NCBI GenBank assembly: GCA_964228455.1
Contig: CAXQZM010000043.1
Span: forward strand, 22,633-86,632
Source: Alphaproteobacteria bacterium
GTDB lineage: Bacteria > Pseudomonadota > Alphaproteobacteria > UBA7985
Direction of reading: 5' to 3'
DNA: 64,000 bases
Part shown: positions 9,836-18,783 of the stretch, one piece after another
Position numbering within the stretch: position 1 is the stretch's first letter
How the letters are laid out: each line of letters opens with the position of its first letter
Translations under genes and position numbers: made by a program
The notes under the pieces: generated by a model
The model's input: the letters and a program-made list of their open reading frames with translations, nothing else
Told to the model about the DNA's origin: nothing
The model's database searches: none

Positions 9836-10723
9836 GTGGCAGGAATGAGAATTGATGCACATCATCACCTTTGGGACCTAAAAGCCGTTTCTTATCCATG
9901 GCTGGAAGCCAAGGGCGTGTCCCGATTTTTTGGAAACCCGGCGTCTATTCAACGCAACTATATTTTGGATGAGTTTCGTCAGGATGCATCAACAGCAAAA
10001 GCACAGGGCTCTGTTCATATTCAAGTCGGAGCCGCTGATGGGCTTCAAGAGGCTTTGTGGGTTCAGAAAGTGGCAATGTCAAATTTGGACTGGCCGCTAA
10101 AGCAGGTTGTTTTTTGTGATCTCACCAGTAGCAATTTAAAGAACCAGTTAGACCAATTTCAAAGCCTTTCGTCGGTAGTGGGTGTCCGTCAAATAGTTGG
10201 TAGAGCTCCGGGGGAAGATACCGCGACGGGCACTCAAGGGTTATTGTCGGACCGGAGGTTCGTTGCAGGATTGCATGAAGTTGCAGCCCGTGGCCTCTCA
10301 TTCGATTTACAACTGATTCCAGAATTAATGGAAAAAGCGGGCTCTGTACTTAGAGAGGTTTCTGAGCTGAAAGTTGCCTTGTGTCATGCTGGTTCTCCAC
10401 ATGATCGAAGTCCGTCGGGGCTAAAGTTTTACGCCAAAGAACTAACCTCTTTGAGTATGAATCCGAACGTAGTCTGCAAGATCTCAGGTCTTGGAATGTT
10501 TGATCATGATTGGACAGCTAAAAGTGTGAAACCCTTTTTTACCGCATGTTTATCGCAGTTTGGTGCCGAAAGACTAATGTTCGGGTCTAATTTTCCAGTT
10601 GATTCTCTTAGCTCAACCTACCATCAGTTGGTTAGTAGGCATAGTGAGCTTATAGAGGAAATAAGCGCGTCGCAGCGGGATCAATTTTGGGGTGGCACGG
10701 CTGAGAGGTTTTATGGATTCTAG
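9836..10723 (+). CDS. amidohydrolase-2 family protein (metal-dependent TIM-barrel hydrolase)
   Basis: N-terminal MRIDAHHHLWDL motif typical of Amidohydro_2 (LigI/fuconolactonase-like). Confidence 0.7.
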   Translation: MAGMRIDAHHHLWDLKAVSYPWLEAKGVSRFFGNPASIQRNYILDEFRQDASTAKAQGSVHIQVGAADGLQEALWVQKVAMSNLDWPLKQVVFCDLTSSNLKNQLDQFQSLSSVVGVRQIVGRAPGEDTATGTQGLLSDRRFVAGLHEVAARGLSFDLQLIPELMEKAGSVLREVSELKVALCHAGSPHDRSPSGLKFYAKELTSLSMNPNVVCKISGLGMFDHDWTAKSVKPFFTACLSQFGAERLMFGSNFPVDSLSSTYHQLVSRHSELIEEISASQRDQFWGGTAERFYGF

Positions 10724-12830
10724 CGCTACTAATGATCAAGAATCTGAAAAAGGCTTTCTGTCAAAGAGTGAGCTGAGAGCTTTTAGTTGGCTATGGCGAC
10801 ATTATTTACGGCGATTCATGCCGGGCATAATTACTGTCTTCGCTCTTTTGGCTGCCCATGGGGCGGCGCTAGTTGCATTTTTAGGTTTGATAAATGGTAG
10901 TTTCAGCGAGCTATTTGATCCAAATAATGGAACGTTCCAGTTTGTTAAGCAAGCGCAAATCTCTCATGAGAAAGATCTATATCTAGATGCTGACCGAGAT
11001 GGCGTTTACGAGGGCGAACTGCAACTAATCGATCCCCTTGGAAAGGCCGACAAGTGGGTTCCGTTTCGTATCGATGTTAGTCTCGCAGGGTCGAGAGACG
11101 AGTCAATCCATAGCAGTGATGGCAGCACAGCACTAAGCAAGGCGGACATAGACATACTTACACAAGATGGTGAATTCAGTGTTGGATCGATAAGAGGCCT
11201 GGACTCTCTCTATTTCGAGTTTGAGCGAACCGGCGCTGGGCCTGTCCTTGTCAGGCTATTGCTCATATTGCTGGCGGCAACTTTTGTACGAGTATCCACA
11301 TCATATGTTTCGGGCCGCCTGGCTGCGCGGATCATGGCGCTAGCGTCTCTCAACATTAGAAAAGATTTGATAACGTCTATATTCTCCCTCGATTTATCTT
11401 ATTTCGATAGAGCTAAGTCTGGCGATATTGTTCAGGGGTTAAATGGTCTTGTGACAGGTGTTCAAACATTCTTTTCAACCGGGCTTTTAAACGCTGGAAA
11501 GTCAGCAATCAGTGTTATCGGGATACTGGGGTATTTGGCGTGGATTCACTTTGCTCTCTTCGTTGGCATCGTTGTTATAGTCCCATTGGCATATTACGGT
11601 ATTCGCGCAATCATGGCGCGCATGCGGATTTATGTGGATGATGGTTTATCGGCGAGCGCAAATTTTCTTACTACACTTGACAGCTCTGTCGCTGGCATTC
11701 GTACAATTAAACTTAGCGACCAGACCAGTGCTGTTAAGGACACGCTAGGCAATGAGGCCGCTGAGATGGCACGCATCGAAATTCGTTTGGCTCGTTACCA
11801 TACGCTGATAGCTCCCATGATTGACCTTTTAGCTGCGTTTGCAGTTATGGGCATTGTTGGCATAGGTGGGCTAGCGGTTCTCCAGGGATGGGGGGGCATA
11901 TCTGCAGGAGTTTTGGTTACGTTTGTTATTGGTTTGGCACTTGTCTTTAGCCCCGCAGGCCGCCTCTCGGGCTTTAACGCTATTTTGTCGATGATGCTGG
12001 TTTCACTAAAACGATTACACGGCATGGCCATGCTGAAACCCAGCATTGTAGACCCTGAAAATGCTGTCGATAATCTCTCTACGGGCGGAGATATAGTGCT
12101 TAGAAACGTAAGCTTTTCCTACAGCACAAACACTGACAACCCATTGTTTAACTCTTTAAACCTTACTTTTAAGGGTAAGAAGGTTTCAGCGATTGTAGGC
12201 CAAACAGGCTCTGGCAAGACAACAATATTATCACTGATAGCGAGGCTATATGAGCCAACCAAAGGCACTGTTTCTATAGGGGGTCAGGACATTTCAGCCG
12301 TGACTCTAAGCAAATTGAGGCAAAGCTTTTCTGTTGTTGCCCAGGACATTTTTCTATTTGATGATACAATCATTGAAAATATTCGATTTGTCCAACCGGA
12401 TGCAACGGAGTCGGAAGTGTTGCGGGCTGCCAGCAAGGCTCAACTAGATGAGCTTATTCTTGAAAAAGAAAACCAAACAGTAGGGCCCAGAGGGGCTCAG
12501 CTTTCTGGGGGGCAGCGCCAACGTATAGCTATTGCGCGAGCCTTCCTGCTAGATGCACCGATAGTGCTGCTTGACGAAGCTACTTCAGCCTTAGACCAGC
12601 ATACAGAAGAAAAAATAACCAGATCCCTGAAAGACCTATGTAAAGGAAAAACCACCATTATCATTGCGCACCGTTTGTCTACGATAACGCACGCAGATTG
12701 CATATATGTTTTGGAGAACGGAGAAGTCGCAGAGCAGGGCGAGCATGAACAGCTTTTAAGGGATGGTGGATTGTACGCTGCTTTGAATCGTTCTCAATCA
12801 GGATCTCGCAAGGTGAACCAAACCTCATGA
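10692..12830 (+). CDS. ABC transporter, fused permease/ATP-binding exporter (MsbA-like)
   Basis: Walker A GQTGSGKTT, signature LSGGQRQRIAIARA, Walker B VLLDEAT, six-TM domain. Start is either GTG at 10692 or ATG at 10713; both overlap the upstream amidohydrolase stop. A ~110-aa insertion lies after TM1 (first periplasmic loop). Confidence 0.8.
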   Translation: MARLRGFMDSSATNDQESEKGFLSKSELRAFSWLWRHYLRRFMPGIITVFALLAAHGAALVAFLGLINGSFSELFDPNNGTFQFVKQAQISHEKDLYLDADRDGVYEGELQLIDPLGKADKWVPFRIDVSLAGSRDESIHSSDGSTALSKADIDILTQDGEFSVGSIRGLDSLYFEFERTGAGPVLVRLLLILLAATFVRVSTSYVSGRLAARIMALASLNIRKDLITSIFSLDLSYFDRAKSGDIVQGLNGLVTGVQTFFSTGLLNAGKSAISVIGILGYLAWIHFALFVGIVVIVPLAYYGIRAIMARMRIYVDDGLSASANFLTTLDSSVAGIRTIKLSDQTSAVKDTLGNEAAEMARIEIRLARYHTLIAPMIDLLAAFAVMGIVGIGGLAVLQGWGGISAGVLVTFVIGLALVFSPAGRLSGFNAILSMMLVSLKRLHGMAMLKPSIVDPENAVDNLSTGGDIVLRNVSFSYSTNTDNPLFNSLNLTFKGKKVSAIVGQTGSGKTTILSLIARLYEPTKGTVSIGGQDISAVTLSKLRQSFSVVAQDIFLFDDTIIENIRFVQPDATESEVLRAASKAQLDELILEKENQTVGPRGAQLSGGQRQRIAIARAFLLDAPIVLLDEATSALDQHTEEKITRSLKDLCKGKTTIIIAHRLSTITHADCIYVLENGEVAEQGEHEQLLRDGGLYAALNRSQSGSRKVNQTS

Positions 12831-13348
12831 GCTCAGCTCTGTCAGTTCCAGTTTCCCTAATACCTATGCAAGCACAGGATAAACCTGATATCGAGCGATT
12901 GCTCTTTCAATCTTTTGGTCCACAGCGCCTGTCTTTGCCCTCTTATTCGCTAAGAAGCGGCTCTCCGATTGATAGGCTCTCTTGGGTTGCGCGATCTTCT
13001 CAAGGGCAAGTTCTCGGTTGTCTAAGATTTTGGTCAGTCAGGCTTGTCGATATCCCGATTAAGGCGGCTCTTCTTGGTCCGTTGGCAGTAAACCTTGCGT
13101 ACAGAGGTGCTGGCGTTGCTGGCTCGTTAGTTCGTTTTGGCTTAAACAGGGCTGCAGATCAGGGGTTTGAGCTTTGCTTCGTGGTTGGCGAACCAAGGTT
13201 TTATCGTCGATTTGGTTTTACGAACGCGGCATGGTCGGGCATCACTTGTTCAGCCCAGATTCCACGCCGAAGGCTAATGGTGCTGGAGCTTAAGCGCTCG
13301 GCGATAACCTCTGTCCCAAAAGGAGCTAAATTGGCCGCTGGCACTTGA
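12827..13348 (+). CDS. GNAT family N-acetyltransferase
   Basis: Acetyl-CoA binding motif A (RGAGVAGSLV). Start overlaps the exporter stop by 4 nt. Confidence 0.7.
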   Translation: MSSALSVPVSLIPMQAQDKPDIERLLFQSFGPQRLSLPSYSLRSGSPIDRLSWVARSSQGQVLGCLRFWSVRLVDIPIKAALLGPLAVNLAYRGAGVAGSLVRFGLNRAADQGFELCFVVGEPRFYRRFGFTNAAWSGITCSAQIPRRRLMVLELKRSAITSVPKGAKLAAGT

Positions 13349-13372
13349 GGCGCAAAATACTAATTCGTTATT

Positions 13373-13882
13373 ATGGTAAAGTCTGAAAAAGAAACACGCC
13401 GAGATCGCGCTTTTGTAAAGTCAGTGATTAACTGTGGCGATCTAGACATGCGCATTGCCGTTGATGGGACTTGGTTCCATCAGGGAACGCCAATTGGCAG
13501 AAAAGAACTAGTAAAGCTTTTTGCTTCTGTGCTCCATCGAGAGGACGACGGATCCTATTGGCTAGAAACCCCAGTCGAACGCGGGGAAATCACGGTCGAT
13601 GATGCTGCGTTCATTGCTTTTCGTACGGACCAAGTTGAAGATAACTGGCAATTTCGGACAAATATTGACGAAGTTATTTTATTAGGTCCTGACCACCCCC
13701 TTCGTGTTGAGGTTGATGAGAAAACCGGTGAGCCAAGACCATACATTTATGTGAAAAACGGGCTTGAGGCGAGGCTTAGCCGGAATGTCTATTATGAACT
13801 AGTACACGCGGCGGTTCAGCAAACAGATGGAAGATGGACAATTCGTAGTGGTGGGGTGGATTGGACTGTCGGATGGGCTTAA
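13373..13882 (+). CDS. DUF1285 domain protein
   Basis: Sequence and size match my recollection of the conserved alphaproteobacterial DUF1285 family. Sits in the recurrent DUF1285-Nudix-CCA gene order. Confidence 0.5.
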   Translation: MVKSEKETRRDRAFVKSVINCGDLDMRIAVDGTWFHQGTPIGRKELVKLFASVLHREDDGSYWLETPVERGEITVDDAAFIAFRTDQVEDNWQFRTNIDEVILLGPDHPLRVEVDEKTGEPRPYIYVKNGLEARLSRNVYYELVHAAVQQTDGRWTIRSGGVDWTVGWA

Positions 13883-14466
13883 GTCTGCGCGATATTTCGT
13901 CGAAGCTGCGTGAGCCTGACACCTTGATCACCGCGAAGGACGCAATACCTCCTAGAGGTTTCAGAGCGGCAGCTGTTATTATTCCCCTTGTGCAGCGCGA
14001 CGATAAAGTTAATGTTATCTTTAACAAGCGAGCAAAAAACTTACAGACCCACGCTGGCCAGGTAGGATTTCCTGGAGGTCGACGAGATCTGACTGATCCG
14101 AGTTTATGCTATACTGCAGAGCGAGAATTGCAGGAAGAGCTGGGCATAGATCCAAAAAGACATGATGTTCTTTGTCGTTTAGCACCAAGGTTGGTTGTGT
14201 CATATTACGAGGTGACCCCCTTTGTGAGCGTAATCGATTCAAGTGCTGAAATTTATCCAGATCCTGCTGAAGTTCAGTATGCTTTCGAAGTGCCGCTTGA
14301 TCACTTCATGATGTCAGGAACAGAAACCGCTACTGACAGAGAGATTTTTGGTAAGCGACGAATCTTTTATGCCTGGGAGTGGAAAGATGAGGTGGTTTGG
14401 GGGGCCACTGGTAGGTTTGTGGCTGATTTTATCAGGGCCCTTGGGGCTTCCCATGTCGAACCTTAG
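13861..14466 (+). CDS. Nudix hydrolase, CoA pyrophosphatase-like
   Basis: Nudix box GGRRDLTDPSLCYTAERELQEELGI. An upstream FPGG fits CoA-pyrophosphatase-type Nudix enzymes. Confidence 0.7.
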   Translation: MDCRMGLSLRDISSKLREPDTLITAKDAIPPRGFRAAAVIIPLVQRDDKVNVIFNKRAKNLQTHAGQVGFPGGRRDLTDPSLCYTAERELQEELGIDPKRHDVLCRLAPRLVVSYYEVTPFVSVIDSSAEIYPDPAEVQYAFEVPLDHFMMSGTETATDREIFGKRRIFYAWEWKDEVVWGATGRFVADFIRALGASHVEP

Positions 14467-15571
14467 AGACACACTTTTAACTAATCCCTTAGTCAGCGAT
14501 TTAGGATCTGTTATTGGCGCAGACAATTTTCGTTTGGTGGGTGGCTGTGTTCGTGATGCGCTGCTGGGTGAGCTTCCTCATGACCTTGATGCATGTACTT
14601 CTTTAGTCCCGAGCGAGATTCTTCGTAGGCTGTCAAAAACCCAAAAATTCGACGCGCACCCAACTGGTATTGAGCACGGAACAATTACCGCAGTCCATGC
14701 AAAGTCAAAGAAATCGATCGAAGTCACCACGTTGCGCAGAGACGTAGTTACGGATGGCCGGCATGCGAAGGTTGAGTTTGGCACCTCTTGGAGAGAGGAT
14801 GCCGCGAGAAGAGACTTCACTATCAATGCCTTGATGCTAGACTTGAAGGGGGGTGTTTATGATTTTTTTGATGGGGAAGAAGATTTAAGGGCAGGAAGGA
14901 TTAGGTTTATAGGAGAGCCTAACGCAAGACTATCTGAGGACTGGCTTCGTGCTTTAAGATATTTTAGATTTTGGGCGCGCTATGGAAAAGAGTATCCAAA
15001 TGAAGCCACTATCCAAGCACTAAGTAATGCAGCTCTTAATATTTCTAAGATCTCAGTTGAGCGCATTTGGGCAGAGCTCAAGGCGCTGGCAGGCACATCT
15101 CGATTCTGGGATGCGTTAAATCTTTTCGAAGAGCTGGGATTTTCCGATGCGCTGGGTTTAACACTAGCCTGGCCAATTAATCGCCCTAATCAGTCTGAGC
15201 TAAAACCATCGCAAGTTTGGGGTGCTTTGCTAGGAGGAGGGCCATCATTAAAGCGGCTGCGAGCGTCGCGTGTTGAGCAGGCAGCCGCAGCCAATATGCT
15301 CTTAGCATTAGATCAAAGAACCTGGTTTGCAAAACAGGCATTGTTCGGCCAAGACGCAGCGGCAGCAGCCCATATTTGGTCAGGAGGAGATGGTAATTTA
15401 CCTCTTATTCCAGCCTTTCCAGTTAAAGCAGAGGATTTATTTTCAATTGGACTGGTGCAAGGTCCCGAACTGGGAAAGATGCTTGCTGCACTCAAGAAAA
15501 GATGGATTGTATCGGAGGGTCAAGACAGCCGGGAAGACCTTCTAGAATGGTGTAAAACATCAATTATGTAA
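14453..15571 (+). CDS. cca: CCA tRNA nucleotidyltransferase (poly(A) polymerase head-domain family)
   Basis: GGCVRD...DLD head-domain motif. Start set to the ATG at 14453 (MSNLRDTLL), which overlaps the Nudix stop by 14 nt; the 14348 start would be an over-extension. Confidence 0.75.
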   Translation: MSNLRDTLLTNPLVSDLGSVIGADNFRLVGGCVRDALLGELPHDLDACTSLVPSEILRRLSKTQKFDAHPTGIEHGTITAVHAKSKKSIEVTTLRRDVVTDGRHAKVEFGTSWREDAARRDFTINALMLDLKGGVYDFFDGEEDLRAGRIRFIGEPNARLSEDWLRALRYFRFWARYGKEYPNEATIQALSNAALNISKISVERIWAELKALAGTSRFWDALNLFEELGFSDALGLTLAWPINRPNQSELKPSQVWGALLGGGPSLKRLRASRVEQAAAANMLLALDQRTWFAKQALFGQDAAAAAHIWSGGDGNLPLIPAFPVKAEDLFSIGLVQGPELGKMLAALKKRWIVSEGQDSREDLLEWCKTSIM

Positions 15572-16434
15572 AACACTAACCCCACCCAAATGGCGGCTAG
15601 CATAACCCCTCGTTTTAGATCTAGTGTTTCTTCAAGCGGGGGAAAAAGGGATAAAACCAAGAGCATAATTGGAACGATGAACTGGAGAAGCCCTATAGAA
15701 ATTAGAGGCATTCTTGCCGCGGCGGCATTGAACCAAACAAGGGGAAGCAAAGTCGTTAAACCAGATGCAATTAGGAGCGTGGCTTCTCGTCCTGTGCTGG
15801 CAATTAAGTATGGTGCCCCCAGCCATCCAAAAGTCCCAATAATACCGACGGCAAAGGGCAATATTAAGGTTGTTTCTAACGCCATACCCCTCTCCGCGGG
15901 GACCTTGTAAAGCTTACGGATGCCACTGTAGGCAGAAAAACTAATTGAAACAGCGAGGGCAATAAGGGGAAGCTGCCCAATTGAAACAGTATAAAACCCT
16001 ACGCCAATAGCGGCGAACATTAGAGCAAGAATTTGCAATTTCCGTGGGCGTTCTTTTAAGACCAAAATACCAAAAGCTGCGGTCATCAGTGGGGTCATGA
16101 AGTATCCAAGGGAGGCATCTAAAACCCTTCCGCTTTGAACAGCATAGATAAAAATCCCCCAATTCCCAGCAATAAGGACGCCTGTTAAAAACAGCACCCT
16201 TAACATCTTTGTTTCTTTAAATAGCTCTAGTGCTCCTGATATCTTTTCCCTTAAGCCTAACCAGATCCAAACAAAAATGCAGGACCAGGCGCTGCGATGT
16301 GCCATAATGGTAACGGCGTTAGCTTCTTCAAAAAATCCAAAATAGTAAGGCTGTACAACACCCCAAAAACCAAAAGCGGCGAGGGCAAATGTAACACCGC
16401 TGCGCATGTCTTTATCTGAATTTGAAGGTATCAT
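15520..16434 (-). CDS. rarD: EamA/RarD family transporter
   Basis: 10-TM DMT protein. Blocks recalled from E. coli RarD: GNWGIFIYAV, LDASLGYFMTPL, LLPLVWFNAAAARM. Confidence 0.75.
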   Translation of the reverse strand: MIPSNSDKDMRSGVTFALAAFGFWGVVQPYYFGFFEEANAVTIMAHRSAWSCIFVWIWLGLREKISGALELFKETKMLRVLFLTGVLIAGNWGIFIYAVQSGRVLDASLGYFMTPLMTAAFGILVLKERPRKLQILALMFAAIGVGFYTVSIGQLPLIALAVSISFSAYSGIRKLYKVPAERGMALETTLILPFAVGIIGTFGWLGAPYLIASTGREATLLIASGLTTLLPLVWFNAAAARMPLISIGLLQFIVPIMLLVLSLFPPLEETLDLKRGVMLAAIWVGLVFYIIDVLHHSRRSSRLS

Positions 16435-16488
16435 AGGCTGCCACTAGGCCTTAAATACGAGCCAGAAAAGCGGGTTTTTGGAGCTTAC

Positions 16489-17001
16489 ATGAAACTAGTC
16501 ATTGCCATTCTTGCCATTTTTGGGAGTTCATCATTAGCGAGTTCACAGGCGATGATACAGCTTGTTGAAGCGTTTGCGTTTGAAACAACTCCTGGCATGT
16601 CTAACGGAGCAGCATACATTACTATAAATAACACAGGTCAGGCTGAAGCCAAGCTTGTTGGGGTGAGTTCAGGGCTGGCGGAGCACACTCAGATTCATAC
16701 CCACGAGCAAGACGGTGATATAAAGCGAATGGTTGCCGTTGATCTGCCAGTATTCCTTAAGCCTGGAGAGCAGTTAGCGATGAGGCCTGGTGGAATTCAC
16801 ATAATGTTTTTAGGTATAAAAAGGCCTATGGAAGTTGGGGATCAGATAACCGTGGTCATTCAATTTGAGGGAAAAAACTTAGAAGTAGATGTTGATGTAT
16901 TTGGGCTGCAAATGTTTGAAATGTTGACTGGTCACTCGCCCCACAATCATAACGCTGACGAAGATCACTCTGATCATGAGGGGTCTCACCACAACCACTG
17001 A
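16489..17001 (+). CDS. PCu(A)C periplasmic copper chaperone (DUF461) with His-rich C-terminal tail
   Basis: Signal peptide; H/M copper-binding residues (HTQIH...M, GGIHIMF); C-terminal HSPHNHNADEDHSDHEGSHHNH tail. Confidence 0.7.
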   Translation: MKLVIAILAIFGSSSLASSQAMIQLVEAFAFETTPGMSNGAAYITINNTGQAEAKLVGVSSGLAEHTQIHTHEQDGDIKRMVAVDLPVFLKPGEQLAMRPGGIHIMFLGIKRPMEVGDQITVVIQFEGKNLEVDVDVFGLQMFEMLTGHSPHNHNADEDHSDHEGSHHNH

Positions 17002-17060
17002 TTTACTTACCTTCGAGATCTGCTTAAGCTGCCACAGACTAGATAGCTTGGGAGGGTATT

Positions 17061-18671
17061 GTGGCATTAACTGATAAATCTCGTTTGAGCCTTGGAACAA
17101 AAGTAGCATGGGGTTTTGCTGACGCCGGCGTTAATGTGTTTGTATATGTAAAGGCTGTCGTAATTTTAGCATTCATGACGCAGTACATGGGTGTGGGAGC
17201 TGGCCTGGCGGGCTTGGTCACAGGGCTGGTAGTGTTAACAGACATGATAACTGATCCGCTCGTGGGCGCATGGTCTGATCGACGGGCCAGCCGGTTTGGT
17301 CGAAGGCGACCGTTTATGGTTGTTGGAGCGGTTTTTATGTTCGCTTTCACCTATCTAATGTTCACAACGCCCGGACTTACGGGTGCGGCAGCAGCGTTAT
17401 GGGTCTTCATCTTTTATGCGCTTGCCTCAATTGGTTTCACAATGGTTGCTGTCCCTTACGGGGCTATGGCAACTGAAATGACTAGCGAGCCACAAGAACG
17501 AACTGTTATGATGGGATTTCGATTTGCATTTGCATCAGTGGGTCTTTTGCTGGCAGGTCTTTTGGCTACACCAGGAAATATCGCATCTGGCAGTGCGATT
17601 ACATGGATTATAATTGCCTTTCTAATGCTTTTCCCTGTTTTTGTTTGCGTAATTTTTACTAACCGTGCGCCAAGAATTTCTGAATCCAGCGCCTTGGGAA
17701 TTAAAGAACAGCTAGCCTTAGTCAGGGCGCACCCAAATTTTATCCGACATGTTATATCTTATGGAATAATGACAGTAGGAGTTGCCATCCTCTCTGGAGG
17801 AATACTGTTTATTACAACCGATGTAAGCATTCGGCAGGCTCAGAGTGGCGCCTATGATCACTACTTTGAAAACGAATTTGTATTTTCAGGCGATGTCGAG
17901 AGAGAGCGTCTTGGGCTTATTGAGCCAGAAAATGGATGGAAAGATAGGCGCGGTCAGAAAATAGGAGGCTCTCATGTTCAGCGTATTGACCCTACTGTTG
18001 CTGGTTGGTTTGATAATATCGATTTTCACGCGCTTCAAGTAAGTGACTATGGGCGCATTCAAGCCGACGCGGTTCAAGGGGTTCTTAATCGCGCTGTTCA
18101 GTCACGGGTGATTGGACCTGCAAGCGCTTTGGTTGGCCTAGCAGGCTTCTTTAGTGCTGTTTTTGCACTCTTCTTGGTAGGTTCAATTTTATCACAAATT
18201 TTCTGGGTTCCTTTGGCGCGACGTATTGGCAGAGGCCGGGCGCTCGTAGGAGCTTTGTCTGCTTATGGGTTGTTGGCATGTGCGTACTTAATTGTGCTTC
18301 GAGGAGGCGATCCGAGTTTCATAGTTTACGGTGCGTTTGTGCTTGGCATATGCAACGGCGCCTACCAAAACCTACCCTGGGCAATTTTGCCAACAATGAT
18401 TGATCAAGCCAATGCGCATGCAAAGGTTAACGTGGAAGGCATATTTAATGGATTTTGGCTTTCTGGCCAAAAAATAGCCAACTCAGCTGCTCCCATGCTT
18501 TTTGGGTGGCTGATAGCTTTATTTGGCTATGAAAAATCAACCGTAGGCTTAATGCCACAAAGTGAGCAGGCTTCGAGTGCACTAGAGATTTCAATGACCC
18601 TGTTACCTGGCCTTTTCTTTCTTCTGGCTATTCCTATGTTCTTAACTGTGAGGCGCGACTTGCGGAGCTGA
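17061..18671 (+). CDS. MFS transporter, GPH (MFS_2, MelB-like) family
   Basis: N-terminal GPH-type motif (DPLVGAWSDRRASRFGRRRPF). 12 predicted TM helices, with a ~100-aa hydrophilic insertion in the central loop. Confidence 0.65.
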   Translation: MALTDKSRLSLGTKVAWGFADAGVNVFVYVKAVVILAFMTQYMGVGAGLAGLVTGLVVLTDMITDPLVGAWSDRRASRFGRRRPFMVVGAVFMFAFTYLMFTTPGLTGAAAALWVFIFYALASIGFTMVAVPYGAMATEMTSEPQERTVMMGFRFAFASVGLLLAGLLATPGNIASGSAITWIIIAFLMLFPVFVCVIFTNRAPRISESSALGIKEQLALVRAHPNFIRHVISYGIMTVGVAILSGGILFITTDVSIRQAQSGAYDHYFENEFVFSGDVERERLGLIEPENGWKDRRGQKIGGSHVQRIDPTVAGWFDNIDFHALQVSDYGRIQADAVQGVLNRAVQSRVIGPASALVGLAGFFSAVFALFLVGSILSQIFWVPLARRIGRGRALVGALSAYGLLACAYLIVLRGGDPSFIVYGAFVLGICNGAYQNLPWAILPTMIDQANAHAKVNVEGIFNGFWLSGQKIANSAAPMLFGWLIALFGYEKSTVGLMPQSEQASSALEISMTLLPGLFFLLAIPMFLTVRRDLRS

Positions 18672-18783
18672 AAAGAATTGGCTTGGCATCTCCGTTGAGT
18701 TGGACTACTTGTGCGCCCAACGCAAAGATAAGACTAAAGAGGCGCAGTATGTTTCTGTGCCCAAAAGAGAGGTAGGGAGATAC

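Noticed and set aside
10692-10723. Possible programmed frameshift or fusion between the amidohydrolase and the ABC exporter
   Set aside because: A simple overlapping stop/start (translational coupling) explains the arrangement. Both proteins are complete by motif content.
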